Source: Candidatus Anaerostipes avistercoris (lineage in GTDB: Bacteria; Bacillota; Clostridia; Lachnospirales; Lachnospiraceae). Taken from it: a stretch of DNA of 64,000 bases. This document shows, piece after piece, positions 30,367 to 40,214 of this stretch; the stretch's first letter is position 1; every line of letters begins with the position of its first letter. Both the position numbers and the translations under genes were made by a program. The stretch lies in contig DWWD01000021.1 in assembly GCA_019119895.1 (NCBI GenBank), forward strand, positions 11,789 through 75,788. Direction: 5' to 3'. The notes beneath the pieces are model-generated. The model searched no databases, was not told the DNA's origin, and saw only the letters and a program-made list of their open reading frames with translations.

Positions 30367-31055
30367 ATGAATTTTTTCAAAACTCCATATTTGCAGGGGC
30401 GGTGCTGACTCTGACAGCATGGGAAATCGGACAGGCCATTCAGAAAAGATATCAGTCGGTGCTTTTAAATCCTCTTTTTCTGGCAGTGATTCTGGCAGCG
30501 GGAGTGTTAAAAGTTTTTCACATCACATACGAAAATTATTATGAAAGTGCAAAATACATTTCGTATTTTCTGACACCGGCCACAGTCTGTCTTGCGATGC
30601 CTCTCTATGATCAGCTGAAACTTCTGAGACGAAATTTCAGGGCAGCGGCGGCAGGAATTGCGGCAGGAACTCTGACCAGTCTTTTTTCTGTGTTTTTGAT
30701 CGCGAAAGGATTTCACCTGACGTATCAGGAGTATGTGACGCTGCTTCCAAAATCTGTTACAACAGCGATTGGTATTGAAATGTCAGAGGAAATGAGAGGA
30801 ATGGTTTCTGTGACCGCGGCGGTCATCATCATGACGGGCATTTTTGGAAGCCTGACCGCTGAAATTGTGTTTAAAATATGCAGGATCAAAGAACCTGCAG
30901 CCCGTGGAACGGCTCTGGGAACGGCGGCTCATGCGGTGGGAACGGCGAAAGCAATGGAAAACGGAGGAGAAGAAGGCGCCATGAGCAGCTTTGCCCTTGT
31001 GGCATCGGGACTTGTCACTGTGGTATTTCTGCCTGCTTTTTCACTGCTGATTTGA
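30363..31055 (+). CDS. LrgB/CidB family membrane protein
   Basis: LTPATVCLAMPLY, PKSVTTAIG, GTAAHAVGTA. ATGA overlap with the lrgA-like gene. Confidence 0.9.
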   Translation: MNEFFQNSIFAGAVLTLTAWEIGQAIQKRYQSVLLNPLFLAVILAAGVLKVFHITYENYYESAKYISYFLTPATVCLAMPLYDQLKLLRRNFRAAAAGIAAGTLTSLFSVFLIAKGFHLTYQEYVTLLPKSVTTAIGIEMSEEMRGMVSVTAAVIIMTGIFGSLTAEIVFKICRIKEPAARGTALGTAAHAVGTAKAMENGGEEGAMSSFALVASGLVTVVFLPAFSLLI

Positions 31056-31061
31056 AAAAAA

Positions 31062-31084
31062 TGGACAGGAGCAACTCCTGTCCA
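31062..31084. terminator. bidirectional terminator
   Basis: TGGACAGGAG-CAA-CTCCTGTCCA. Confidence 0.8.
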
Positions 31085-31092
31085 CCATTGTT

Positions 31093-32109
31093 TTAGTTAA
31101 ATCCGATAAATTTCCGGGCAGCTTTGTAAATGCCGATGGTTGTTTTTCTTCCGCAATAGCCGGGAAGATTTACAGCAAACCCAACAATGCTGCGGCGGAT
31201 TTTGCGATAAAGGTATTTATCCTGATCATACAGATAGCGCCATAAATCCTTCTTCATCTTGAGATGTTCTTTCTTGCCGGATTTCAGGGCGATAATAGAA
31301 GAAATGCACATAATGATAGAAAGATAATGCCGCATATATCTTGCCAGAGGTTTGCTGTCCAGTTTAAAACCGGCAAGATAATCGATCATGACCTTTGTTA
31401 CATAAAACTGCTGATCGATTCTTTTGATCATATTTGCCTCATTGACAGACTGATCGTCCCTTCCGATGAAATACCGGTAGAAGTTCACATCCAGGTAATA
31501 CATGGTCTTCACATAAGGAAGAGGTTTGAATACGTAGATGTTGTCCACATAGAAGGTATGTTCCGGCAGTTTCAGACCGCATTCCCGGAGAAGCGCCGTC
31601 CGGTAAATAACAGAATGCATCAGAATATACTGGCCGATCGGGAAACGCTTCACATCACTCCAGCGGAAAATCTTTTCTTTTGGGATCGCATGACGGTAAT
31701 GAATGACGGTTTTGTGCTTGGCTCCCTGTTTTTCATAAACATAATTGGCAAGAAGCATGTCAAGGACCGTACCTTTTTCATGAAAACTGGAAAGAGTTTC
31801 CAGAATCTTTTCATAAGCGGCACGATTAACCCAGTCATCGCTGTCTACGACTTTCAGATAAATGCCGGACGCATTGGCGATGCCGGTATTTACCGCGCCG
31901 CCGTGGCCTTTGTTTTCCTGGTGCAGGGCACGGCAGATCGCAGGATATTTTTTTTCGTATTCATCGGCAATTTTTGCCGTATTGTCAGAAGAACCGTCAT
32001 TGACGATCAGAATTTCGACTTTTTCGCCGCCTGTAAGAAGCGTATCAATACAGTGGCGCATATATTCCTGAGAGTTGTAGCAGGGTACAACAAAGGATAA
32101 TAATTTCAT
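31093..32109 (-). CDS. GT2-family glycosyltransferase
   Basis: SFVVPCYNS, VNDGSSD, NKGHGGAVN, VVDSDD. Confidence 0.92.
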   Translation of the reverse strand: MKLLSFVVPCYNSQEYMRHCIDTLLTGGEKVEILIVNDGSSDNTAKIADEYEKKYPAICRALHQENKGHGGAVNTGIANASGIYLKVVDSDDWVNRAAYEKILETLSSFHEKGTVLDMLLANYVYEKQGAKHKTVIHYRHAIPKEKIFRWSDVKRFPIGQYILMHSVIYRTALLRECGLKLPEHTFYVDNIYVFKPLPYVKTMYYLDVNFYRYFIGRDDQSVNEANMIKRIDQQFYVTKVMIDYLAGFKLDSKPLARYMRHYLSIIMCISSIIALKSGKKEHLKMKKDLWRYLYDQDKYLYRKIRRSIVGFAVNLPGYCGRKTTIGIYKAARKFIGFN

Positions 32110-32174
32110 ATTCTACCTCCAAATTCTTAAAAATGATTTTGGTCATCTCCTTATTATAGATGTTTTTCAGAGAA

Positions 32175-34073
32175 TTAGCAAAGGTTTTCCCATTCTTCGT
32201 ACAATTGTTCCAGAGATTCCGTGATGGATGCCTGTTCTTCGCTCAGCTCCATCAGGCGGGAAACATCCGTTGCCACGTCCGGTGAAGCCATTTCTTCCTG
32301 GAGCTTTTCCTGACGTTCCTCCAGACGGGTAATCTCATCTTCCAGTTTCTTTATCCGGTTTTCTTTTTTGCGCTGTTGTGCCTGAAGCTCTTTTTGCTGC
32401 TGCCAGTCCAGTTTTGATTCGCTGGCGGTTGCCTCTTTGTGATCCTGTGTCTCGGAAGCAGCGGCTTCTTTTTCTTTCTGATGAAGATAATCCTGGTAAT
32501 TTCCGGGATAAGAAGTAAGGCCGTCCTTTGAAATTTCCAGAATCCTTGTGGCAGTCTTGTTAATAAAATAACGATCATGAGAGACATACAGGATTGTTCC
32601 GGTATAGGAATTCATCGCGGACTCCAGGATTTCCTTGGACTGGATGTCCAGGTGGTTGGTAGGCTCATCCAGAATCAGGAAATTGGCATGGGAAAGCATC
32701 AGTTTTGCCAGGGAAACCCGTCCTTTTTCTCCTCCGCTCAGGGAGGAAATCGGCCGGAACACATCTTCTCCATAAAAGAGAAATGCGGCCAGGGTATTGC
32801 GGATTTTTGTATTGTTTAAATCCGGATATGCATCGGATATTTCATCGAAAATGGTTTTTTCGCTGCTTAAGTTATCCTGTGCCTGGTCGTAATAGCCGAT
32901 GGATACGCCGGCGCCCAGCTGGATCGTCCCCCCGTTTTTGCTGATTTTTTTGCAGATAATCTTCAAAAGGGTTGTTTTTCCGGTTCCGTTGGGACCGATC
33001 AGGGCGACCCGCTCTCCGCGGAACAGTTCGCAGGACAGGCCGGCAAACAAAGGCCTGGCTCCAAAGGATTTGGAAACATCCTTCATGGTCAGGACATCAT
33101 TGCCGCTGATGACTTCCGGTTCAATGGAAAGACGCATTTCACCGCGGTATTCCTGAGGTTTTTCCAGAATTTCCATTTTGTTCAGGGCTTTTTCACGGCT
33201 TTCCGCGCGCCGGATGGATTTTTCACGGTTAAACTGGCGCAGTTTCCGGATCACATCCTGCTGGTGTTTGATTTCCTGCTGCTGATTTTCATATTCTTTT
33301 CTGCGGATGGCTTTTATCTGATCCCGTTTCCGGACAAATTCTGTATAATTTCCCTGAAACAGCATGGCTTTTCCCAGCTCGATTTCCATCACCTTGTTGA
33401 CAATCTTGTCGAGAAAATACCGGTCATGGGAAACGATAATCACAGCTCCCTTGTACCTGGAAAGATAGTTTTCAAGCCACTGGATCGATGCTACATCTAG
33501 ATGGTTGGTCGGCTCATCCAGGAGAAGAATATCCGGATTCCTGAGCAAAAGCTTTCCAAGGGCAACGCGGGTCATCTGCCCGCCGGACAGGGTATGGACC
33601 TGCTTCTGAAAATCTTCTTCCGTGAATCCGAGTCCTTTTAATATTCCCGTCACTTCGCTTTTGTATGCGAAACCATTCATCTGTTCAAACTGATGGGTGG
33701 CGTTGGTGTACTGGTTCATTTTCTGATTCAGGGCGTCGCCTTCCAGATGCTCCATTTCATGCTCATAGGCGCGCATCTGCTGATCCAGTTCTATGATCTC
33801 TTTTTTCACAGAGAGAAGCTCATCAAAAATCGTTCGGTGGAAATCGTGCTCCTGATGCTGAGCCAGATAGCCGATGGCAGCATCCTTTTTTGTGGAAATC
33901 TCTCCCTCATCCGGGCTTAATTCTCCCACGATGATCTTCAGCAGAGTGGATTTTCCGGCTCCGTTATATCCAATAATCGCCAGGCGGTCATTTTCATTCA
34001 AATGGAACGAAATATTTTGTAAAACAGGTTTGTCTACAAATGTTTTGCAAATGTTCTGGCATGATAAAATCAT
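32175..34073 (-). CDS. ABC-F family ATP-binding protein
   Basis: Two NBDs (GYNGAGKST/LSGGQ and GPNGTGKTT/LSGGEK), DEPTNHLD twice, no TM, C-terminal coiled coil. Start at 34073 behind AGAAGGAG. Confidence 0.95.
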   Translation of the reverse strand: MILSCQNICKTFVDKPVLQNISFHLNENDRLAIIGYNGAGKSTLLKIIVGELSPDEGEISTKKDAAIGYLAQHQEHDFHRTIFDELLSVKKEIIELDQQMRAYEHEMEHLEGDALNQKMNQYTNATHQFEQMNGFAYKSEVTGILKGLGFTEEDFQKQVHTLSGGQMTRVALGKLLLRNPDILLLDEPTNHLDVASIQWLENYLSRYKGAVIIVSHDRYFLDKIVNKVMEIELGKAMLFQGNYTEFVRKRDQIKAIRRKEYENQQQEIKHQQDVIRKLRQFNREKSIRRAESREKALNKMEILEKPQEYRGEMRLSIEPEVISGNDVLTMKDVSKSFGARPLFAGLSCELFRGERVALIGPNGTGKTTLLKIICKKISKNGGTIQLGAGVSIGYYDQAQDNLSSEKTIFDEISDAYPDLNNTKIRNTLAAFLFYGEDVFRPISSLSGGEKGRVSLAKLMLSHANFLILDEPTNHLDIQSKEILESAMNSYTGTILYVSHDRYFINKTATRILEISKDGLTSYPGNYQDYLHQKEKEAAASETQDHKEATASESKLDWQQQKELQAQQRKKENRIKKLEDEITRLEERQEKLQEEMASPDVATDVSRLMELSEEQASITESLEQLYEEWENLC

Positions 34074-34207
34074 AATTGACTCCTTCTTTTTGGATTGTTC
34101 CATCGAAAAGATGGCACTATGAATCAGAATATCATATTTTTGAAGAAAATGGAATATTTTCTGATAAAATGTACGGAACATATGGAAGAATACTGCCGGG
34201 ATTGAGA

Positions 34208-34236
34208 TTGACAGATATTAGACAATCTTATATAAT
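34208..34236 (+). promoter_or_regulatory. consensus sigma-A promoter of the rex operon
   Basis: TTGACA-17 bp-TATAAT. Confidence 0.85.
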
Positions 34237-34267
34237 AAAAGAAGAAAAATTATTTGGAGGAAATAAC

Positions 34268-34918
34268 ATGGGGAACTCACCAAAGAATATTTCATCGGCT
34301 GTCATTAAGCGTCTTCCAAGATATTTCCGTTACCTTGGCGTACTTAAGGCCAATAATATTACAAGGATTTCTTCGAAGGAGTTAAGTGAGCAGATGATGG
34401 TGACTGCGTCCCAGATCCGTCAGGATCTGAATAATTTTGGCGGTTTTGGACAGCAGGGATACGGGTATAACGTGGATAATCTTTATACAGAGATCGGCAA
34501 GATTCTCGGGCTGGACAAGCGCAATGATATGATCATTGTAGGAGCCGGTAATCTGGGACAGGCTTTGGCGAATTACCAGTCTTTTAATGAGGATTACGGA
34601 TACAAAGTCATGGCGCTGTTTGATGTGAATCCGAAATTGATCGGAATTTCTGTGCGCGGAGTGAAGGTACTGGATATCGACGAGATGGAGAAGTTTATTA
34701 AAGATCACGATATCAAGATCGCAGCGCTGACCCTGCCGAAGGATCAGGCGCCGGAGATGGCAAAACGCCTGGTGGAATGGGGGATCAAAGGTATCTGGAA
34801 TTTTGCTCCGATCGATCTGCATCTGCCGGAAGATGTGACGGTGGAGAATGTACATCTGGCGGAGAGCCTGATGACGCTGACCTATAATATCCATAACCGG
34901 GAAGAGAGTGGAGAATAA
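34268..34918 (+). CDS. rex: redox-sensing transcriptional repressor Rex
   Basis: RLPRY.RYL, SQIRQDL..FG.FGQQGYGY, VGAGNLG, WNFAP. Start at ATG 34268. Confidence 0.97.
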   Translation: MGNSPKNISSAVIKRLPRYFRYLGVLKANNITRISSKELSEQMMVTASQIRQDLNNFGGFGQQGYGYNVDNLYTEIGKILGLDKRNDMIIVGAGNLGQALANYQSFNEDYGYKVMALFDVNPKLIGISVRGVKVLDIDEMEKFIKDHDIKIAALTLPKDQAPEMAKRLVEWGIKGIWNFAPIDLHLPEDVTVENVHLAESLMTLTYNIHNREESGE

Positions 34919-34923
34919 GCCGT

Positions 34924-35286
34924 ATGATCGTAGGAATCGGAACAGACCTGGTGGAGATCCGGAGGATACGGGATATGATGGACCGCCACAGAGGGTTAGA
35001 ACGGATATTTACAAAAAATGAATTAGCGCATGCAAAGGACCGGGCTGCTGTTCTGGCCGGAACCTTTGCGGTGAAAGAGGCCGTTTCCAAAGCTTTTGGA
35101 ACCGGCTTTTTCGGTGTGGAACCGTATGAGATCGAGGTGCTGAGAAATGAAAAAGGCGCGCCGTATGTAAATTTATCAGGGCGGGCCGCGGAATCAGCCC
35201 GGAAACTTCACATGGATCAGATTCATGTGTCTATTACAGATACGGAAAAATATGCGCAGGCTTTTGTGATAGGAGAATGTCTATGA
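34924..35286 (+). CDS. acpS: holo-[acyl-carrier-protein] synthase
   Basis: GIGTDLVEI.R, FAVKEAVSKA.GTG. Confidence 0.95.
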   Translation: MIVGIGTDLVEIRRIRDMMDRHRGLERIFTKNELAHAKDRAAVLAGTFAVKEAVSKAFGTGFFGVEPYEIEVLRNEKGAPYVNLSGRAAESARKLHMDQIHVSITDTEKYAQAFVIGECL

Positions 35287-36776
35287 AATATGTATTAATG
35301 AATCAGGAAATGCAGGAGGTGGATCAGGAAACCATCCACCAGATCGGAATTCCGGGGCTGGTGCTCATGGAGCGGGCATCAGAAGCCGTGGCAGACTGCG
35401 CCAGGAGACGCACGGGGCGGAGCGGGAAAATTCTAGTGATCGCCGGAATCGGAAATAACGGCGGAGACGCGCTGGCAGCAGCCAGGATTCTCCTGGAAGA
35501 AGATTACCAGACAGACTATATGATTGTGGGAAAGACAGAGAAGGCCTCAGAAGACCTGAAAACACAGCTTCAGATTCTTAAGCGTCTGGGGTATGAACCG
35601 GTAAAAGAGCCGGATCTGACTGACTATGATCTTCTCATAGAAGGGATTTTCGGAGTTGGATTATCCCGGGAAGTCGGAGGCATTTACCGGGATATGATTG
35701 AAACAATCAATGCATCCGGGCGGGTGGTCATTGCCATTGATATTCCTTCCGGAATCAGCGGAAACACGGGAAAAGTCATGGGATGTGCTGTAAAGGCGGC
35801 AGAGACAGTGACATTTGGAGGATATAAGAGAGGCCATCTTTTATATCCGGGAAGGGAATACTGTGGAAAAGTAACCCTGGCAGGCATCGGTTTCCATAAA
35901 CAGACCATCGAAAAGCACGCATCAGGATTTACACTGGAAGATCCGGCGGGGCTGATGCCGCCGAGGTCCTCTTATTCCAATAAAGGAACCTACGGGAAAA
36001 TCCTGATGATCACAGGCAGCGAAACTATGTCCGGGGCAGCGGCGTTTGCAGGAGAAGCGGCTCTGCGCATGGGGGCAGGTCTGGTAAAGATTTTGTCTCA
36101 TTCATCCAATCGTCCGATTCTGCAGAGCCGTCTGCCGGAGATTTTGTTTGGAGAGCGCTCCGATCTGAAAGAGTCCCTGGAATGGTGCAGCTGTATTTTG
36201 TTTGGACCGGGAACCGGCGTAAATGAAGAAACAAAAGAAATGCTGGAATACATTCTGAACCATGGAACGAAGCCGCTGATCCTTGACGCGGACGGACTGA
36301 ATACGGTCAGCAGATATCATATGGAAATCCATTATCCTTACGGTGTTGTCATGACACCTCATCTCATGGAAGGAGCAAGGCTTCTTGGCAGGGACATCAG
36401 TGAAGTCAAAGACGATATCTGCGGCGCGGCCTGTGAGATTGCGGAGAAATATCATGCTGCCGCGGTTCTGAAAGATGCCGCCACAGTGGTTGCACAAAGT
36501 CAGGAGAAGTTGTATATTAATCAGAGCGGTAATCATGGAATGGCAGCCGGAGGAAGCGGCGATGTGCTTGCGGGAATGATCACCGGACTGGTGGGAACCG
36601 GCTGCAGACCGTACGATGCGGCTGTCCGCGGCGTATATCTTCATGGCCTGGCAGGAGATGCCGCCAGGGATGAAAAAGGGGCTTACAGCATGATTGCGTC
36701 AGATATTTTACATCATATACAAGACGTCACAGGAGGGAAACATGAATCAGTACTACCGGGTGCATGCAGTCATTGA
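35283..36776 (+). CDS. nnr: bifunctional NAD(P)HX epimerase/dehydratase
   Basis: YjeF-N GNNGGD and DIPSG; ribokinase-like NKGTYG, DADGL, TPH, GGSGDVLAG. Confidence 0.93.
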   Translation: MKYVLMNQEMQEVDQETIHQIGIPGLVLMERASEAVADCARRRTGRSGKILVIAGIGNNGGDALAAARILLEEDYQTDYMIVGKTEKASEDLKTQLQILKRLGYEPVKEPDLTDYDLLIEGIFGVGLSREVGGIYRDMIETINASGRVVIAIDIPSGISGNTGKVMGCAVKAAETVTFGGYKRGHLLYPGREYCGKVTLAGIGFHKQTIEKHASGFTLEDPAGLMPPRSSYSNKGTYGKILMITGSETMSGAAAFAGEAALRMGAGLVKILSHSSNRPILQSRLPEILFGERSDLKESLEWCSCILFGPGTGVNEETKEMLEYILNHGTKPLILDADGLNTVSRYHMEIHYPYGVVMTPHLMEGARLLGRDISEVKDDICGAACEIAEKYHAAAVLKDAATVVAQSQEKLYINQSGNHGMAAGGSGDVLAGMITGLVGTGCRPYDAAVRGVYLHGLAGDAARDEKGAYSMIASDILHHIQDVTGGKHESVLPGACSH

Positions 36777-37908
36777 TCTGGATGCGATCTGTCATAATAT
36801 AGAAGAAGTCAAAAGAGTCACAGGACCGGATGTAAAAGTAATGCCGGTCATCAAAGCAGACGGATACGGGCACGGAGCCGTGCCGATCGCGAAAGCGCTG
36901 AACGAAATCGGCGTGGACGCATTTGCCGTTGCCATCATCGAGGAAGGGATCACCCTCAGAAAGAATGGGATTACTCAGCCGATCGTGATTCTCGGATACA
37001 CATCAGAATATCAATACAGTTCCCTGATTCAGTATGAGATTCAGCCAACTGTTTTCTGCTATGAAATGGCGGAATCTCTCTCAAGGATCGCGTCAGCTCT
37101 CGGAAAGGACGCTAGGATCCATATTAAACTGGATACCGGCATGAACCGTATTGGATTCAAGCCGACCATAGAGTCGCTGGAAACCGTAAAGAAAATATCA
37201 AAACTCCCGCATATTATCATTGAGGGGATTTTTACTCATTTTGCCTGCGCGGATGAGGCGGACAAGACTTCCGCAAAGAAGCAGAAAGCAGAGTATGACA
37301 AATTCATTGGATGGCTGAAAGAAGAAGGAATCCACATACCATTAAAACACGTTTCCAACAGCGCGGCGATCATTGATATGAACGCCTGGAAAATGGATAT
37401 GGTGCGTTCCGGCATTATTACCTACGGACTTTATCCTTCCGAGGAAGTATCGAAAGAGGTGCTTAACCTGAAACCGGCCATGTCTTTAAAGACTCATATT
37501 GTATATATCAAGGAGGTCGGTCCGGGGGAGGGAGTCAGTTACAATCATACCTTTGTGACAGAGAGAAATACAAAAGTTGCCACTATACCGGTGGGATATG
37601 CGGACGGCTATCCGAGAAATCTTTCTTCCAAAGGAAGGGTGCTGATCCGGGGACAGTACGCACCGATCATCGGAAGAATCTGTATGGACCAGTTTATGGT
37701 AGATGTAACGGACATTGACGGCGTTCAGGTCATGGACGAAGTGACTCTTATAGGACAGGACGGAGATCACCGTATTTCTGTGGAGGAGGCGGCCAATGCC
37801 GCGGGTTCCTTCAATTACGAATTCGTCTGCGGTATCAGCAAAAGGGTGCCGAGAGTTTATATGCAGCATGGAAAGATGAAAAAAGCGGTGGAATATCTGG
37901 AAAAATAA
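36742..37908 (+). CDS. alr: alanine racemase
   Basis: VIKADGYGHGA (PLP Lys), KLDTGMNRIG, GYADG, GRICMDQ. Start at ATG 36742. Confidence 0.97.
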   Translation: MNQYYRVHAVIDLDAICHNIEEVKRVTGPDVKVMPVIKADGYGHGAVPIAKALNEIGVDAFAVAIIEEGITLRKNGITQPIVILGYTSEYQYSSLIQYEIQPTVFCYEMAESLSRIASALGKDARIHIKLDTGMNRIGFKPTIESLETVKKISKLPHIIIEGIFTHFACADEADKTSAKKQKAEYDKFIGWLKEEGIHIPLKHVSNSAAIIDMNAWKMDMVRSGIITYGLYPSEEVSKEVLNLKPAMSLKTHIVYIKEVGPGEGVSYNHTFVTERNTKVATIPVGYADGYPRNLSSKGRVLIRGQYAPIIGRICMDQFMVDVTDIDGVQVMDEVTLIGQDGDHRISVEEAANAAGSFNYEFVCGISKRVPRVYMQHGKMKKAVEYLEK

Positions 37909-37989
37909 AGGCCGTTTGTGAATACTTCTGAAACAATCGGAGATACTCTTCATAAAATAGAAAGAAAGAAATGGAGAGTGAGAAGGCTT

Positions 37990-38337
37990 ATGGTAATTAA
38001 GCGAGGAGATATATTCTATGCGGATTTGAGGCCTGTGATCGGATCAGAGCAGGGAGGGATACGTCCCGTTATTATTTTGCAGAACGACGCGGGCAACCGC
38101 TACAGCCCCACGGTCATCTGTGCGGCCATTACCAGTAAAATGAATAAAGCGAAACTTCCGACTCATGTGCCGCTGGACTGCAGAAAATGTGAGCTGGAAA
38201 GAGATTCCGTCATTTTGCTGGAACAGATACGGACCATAGATAAAAGCCGGCTGCGGGAAAAAGTATGTCACTTAAACTGTTCTTTTATCCAGCGGGTAGA
38301 CCGTGCTCTGCGGATCAGCTTAAGCCTTGATACATAG
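37990..38337 (+). CDS. mazF: MazF/PemK endoribonuclease (NdoA/EndoA-like)
   Basis: [46 protein letters not shown]: close to B. subtilis NdoA. Start at ATG 37990. Confidence 0.93.
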   Translation: MVIKRGDIFYADLRPVIGSEQGGIRPVIILQNDAGNRYSPTVICAAITSKMNKAKLPTHVPLDCRKCELERDSVILLEQIRTIDKSRLREKVCHLNCSFIQRVDRALRISLSLDT

Positions 38338-38353
38338 AAGAAGGACAGCAGCA

Positions 38354-38382
38354 TTGACCTTTGGCCTTGAAAATGGTATATT
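38354..38382 (+). promoter_or_regulatory. sigma-A promoter of yebC
   Basis: TTGACC-17 bp-TATATT with TGn extension. Confidence 0.65.
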
Positions 38383-38442
38383 TAATCCAGTTTGTGACAA
38401 AAAAATCAGAATTGAATCATAGAAACAGAAAGGAAGATAAAG

Positions 38443-39171
38443 ATGTCAGGACACAGTAAATTTGCGAATATCAAACATAAAAAAGAAAAGAATGACGCAA
38501 AGAAAGGAAAGATTTTTACCGTGATCGGACGTGAGATCGCGGTAGCGGTCAAAGAAGGAGGACCGGATCCGGACAATAACAGCAAATTAAGAGATGTGAT
38601 CGCAAAGGCGAAAGCAAACAATATGCCGAATGACACCATCGAAAGAGGAATCAAAAAGGCAGCCGGCGACGCGGATTCCGTAAACTATGAGCAGATCACA
38701 TATGAAGGATACGGACCAAGCGGCGTAGCGATCATCGTAGACACGCTGACAGATAATAAGAACCGTACAGCTTCCAACGTAAGAAGCGCCTTTACAAAGG
38801 GAAACGGAAATGTCGGAACTCCGGGATGCGTTTCTTATATGTTTGAGAAAAAAGGCCAGATTATCATTGACAAAGAAGAATGTGAGATGGATGCAGATGA
38901 CCTTATGATGATGGCTCTGGATGCCGGAGCGGAAGACTTTGTAGAAGAAGATGACAGTTTTGAAGTTCTCACAGCGCCGGAAGATTTCAGCCAGGTACGC
39001 GAAGCGCTGGAAAAAGAAGGAATCGCCATGGCAGACGCCAATGTGACCATGATTCCGGGAACAACCGTGCAGCTGACAAATCCGGATGATATTAAGAGCC
39101 TGCAGAAGACTTTGGATCTCCTGGATGATGATGACGATGTGCAGGAAGTATATCATAACTGGGAAGAGTAA
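38443..39171 (+). CDS. yebC: YebC/PmpR family protein
   Basis: [33 protein letters not shown]. Confidence 0.97.
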   Translation: MSGHSKFANIKHKKEKNDAKKGKIFTVIGREIAVAVKEGGPDPDNNSKLRDVIAKAKANNMPNDTIERGIKKAAGDADSVNYEQITYEGYGPSGVAIIVDTLTDNKNRTASNVRSAFTKGNGNVGTPGCVSYMFEKKGQIIIDKEECEMDADDLMMMALDAGAEDFVEEDDSFEVLTAPEDFSQVREALEKEGIAMADANVTMIPGTTVQLTNPDDIKSLQKTLDLLDDDDDVQEVYHNWEE

Positions 39172-39220
39172 AGGAACCATTTTATAAAATAAAAATATGA
39201 GAAAATAAAGATACATACGA

Positions 39221-39250
39221 AAATCGCCGTTTGAGAACAGACGGCGATTT
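39221..39250. terminator. bidirectional terminator
   Basis: AAATCGCCGTTTG/CAGACGGCGATTT stem. Confidence 0.8.
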
Positions 39251-39265
39251 CTGCATGTTATGAAA

Positions 39266-39880
39266 TTATTTCAGAATGTAGGATTTTATAATTCCTCCCA
39301 CCGGATTATAAGACAATGTCTTGTCATAAAACCGGATCAGTTCATCCAGTTTGGAAGCCGCGAATTTCTGAAGAATATCCACAGAAGTAATATGAGCGAT
39401 GATATCCATTTTGGAAAAAACCATCTGATACAGTTCTTCTCCGGCGGTAAAGAAAAGATCCGTATCAAGGCCAATGCGCTCTGCGTAGTAATGATAGCCA
39501 ATCTGATGACGTTCCAGAATATATTCGCCGGCACGGATTTTGCGGCCAATCAGGAAATGAATCGGTTCCTGATTGGAAGGGTCAGAACTCATTTTGACCA
39601 GAAGTCTTTGGAAAAATTCAGTATCCAGGGTTTGTTTTGACTGCAGATAGCCGTAGACGAAATCTTCAATGTTTACTTTTTGAGGAAACAGGCGGTTGGG
39701 ATTCTGCATCATAATCTGGTTGGCTCCGCAGGTAACAGCAACGCCGTTGGAAAACGGAAAAAGTTTCTGGGGCTGCCGGCCTGGATCTTCGACATATTTT
39801 CCATTTTCTCTGATAGATCCTTTTGAATCTGCAACGGCGGCAAGTCCGTCTTTGGCTTTGAAAATACCGATAAATGACAT
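39266..39880 (-). CDS. hypothetical protein with proteasome-beta/Ntn-hydrolase-like motif layout
   Basis: 204 aa from ATG 39880 (GAGGAA RBS). Starts MSFIGIFKAKDGLAAVADSK; contains QKLF and CGA; ends NPVGGIIKSYIL. The ORF is solid; the fold call is inferred. Confidence 0.6.
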   Translation of the reverse strand: MSFIGIFKAKDGLAAVADSKGSIRENGKYVEDPGRQPQKLFPFSNGVAVTCGANQIMMQNPNRLFPQKVNIEDFVYGYLQSKQTLDTEFFQRLLVKMSSDPSNQEPIHFLIGRKIRAGEYILERHQIGYHYYAERIGLDTDLFFTAGEELYQMVFSKMDIIAHITSVDILQKFAASKLDELIRFYDKTLSYNPVGGIIKSYILK

Positions 39881-40100
39881 TTCAGATTCCTCATTTCTTT
39901 TATATTCTATGAAATTATACAATGAGAATATTTTTGGCGCAAGTTTTCGCTGCCAGTATATAGCTTCTGTTTTTTTGTCTGGCTATATCGCAGGGAACAT
40001 AGGCGCAAATGATGATGAAACTTAAAAAAGTGAAAGGAAGCGATGATAATTTGCGTATTTTCTGAAAAATGTATAAAATAACCAAAAAAATCCAAAAATA

Positions 40101-40129
40101 TTGAAAAAATATGTAAAAAATGTTACAAT
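40101..40129 (+). promoter_or_regulatory. sigma-A promoter of the crotonase-family/CoA-transferase operon
   Basis: TTGAAA-17 bp-TACAAT with TGn extension, AT-rich upstream region. Confidence 0.75.
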
Positions 40130-40214
40130 AAAAGCACATAAATTGTTCGACATAAAACAAAAAAGGAATGAGTCTGCGCAGCGGACTGGAAATCTGTGTT
40201 AAAGGAGGAAAAGT

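Noticed and set aside
30013-31055. Holin-like genes as evidence of a prophage
   Set aside because: This is the chromosomal cidA/lrgA-lrgB pair, with no phage structural, lysin or integrase genes nearby.
34208-34225. Rex autoregulatory site TTGACAGATATTAGACAA over the rex -35
   Set aside because: Only about 9 of 14 matches to TTGTTAA-N4-TTAACAA, and partly explained by the -35 hexamer itself.
37933-37959. Mother-cell (sigma-K/E) promoter ACA...CATAAAATA upstream of mazF
   Set aside because: The -10-like element is suggestive, but the -35 and spacing are too weak to call from sequence alone.
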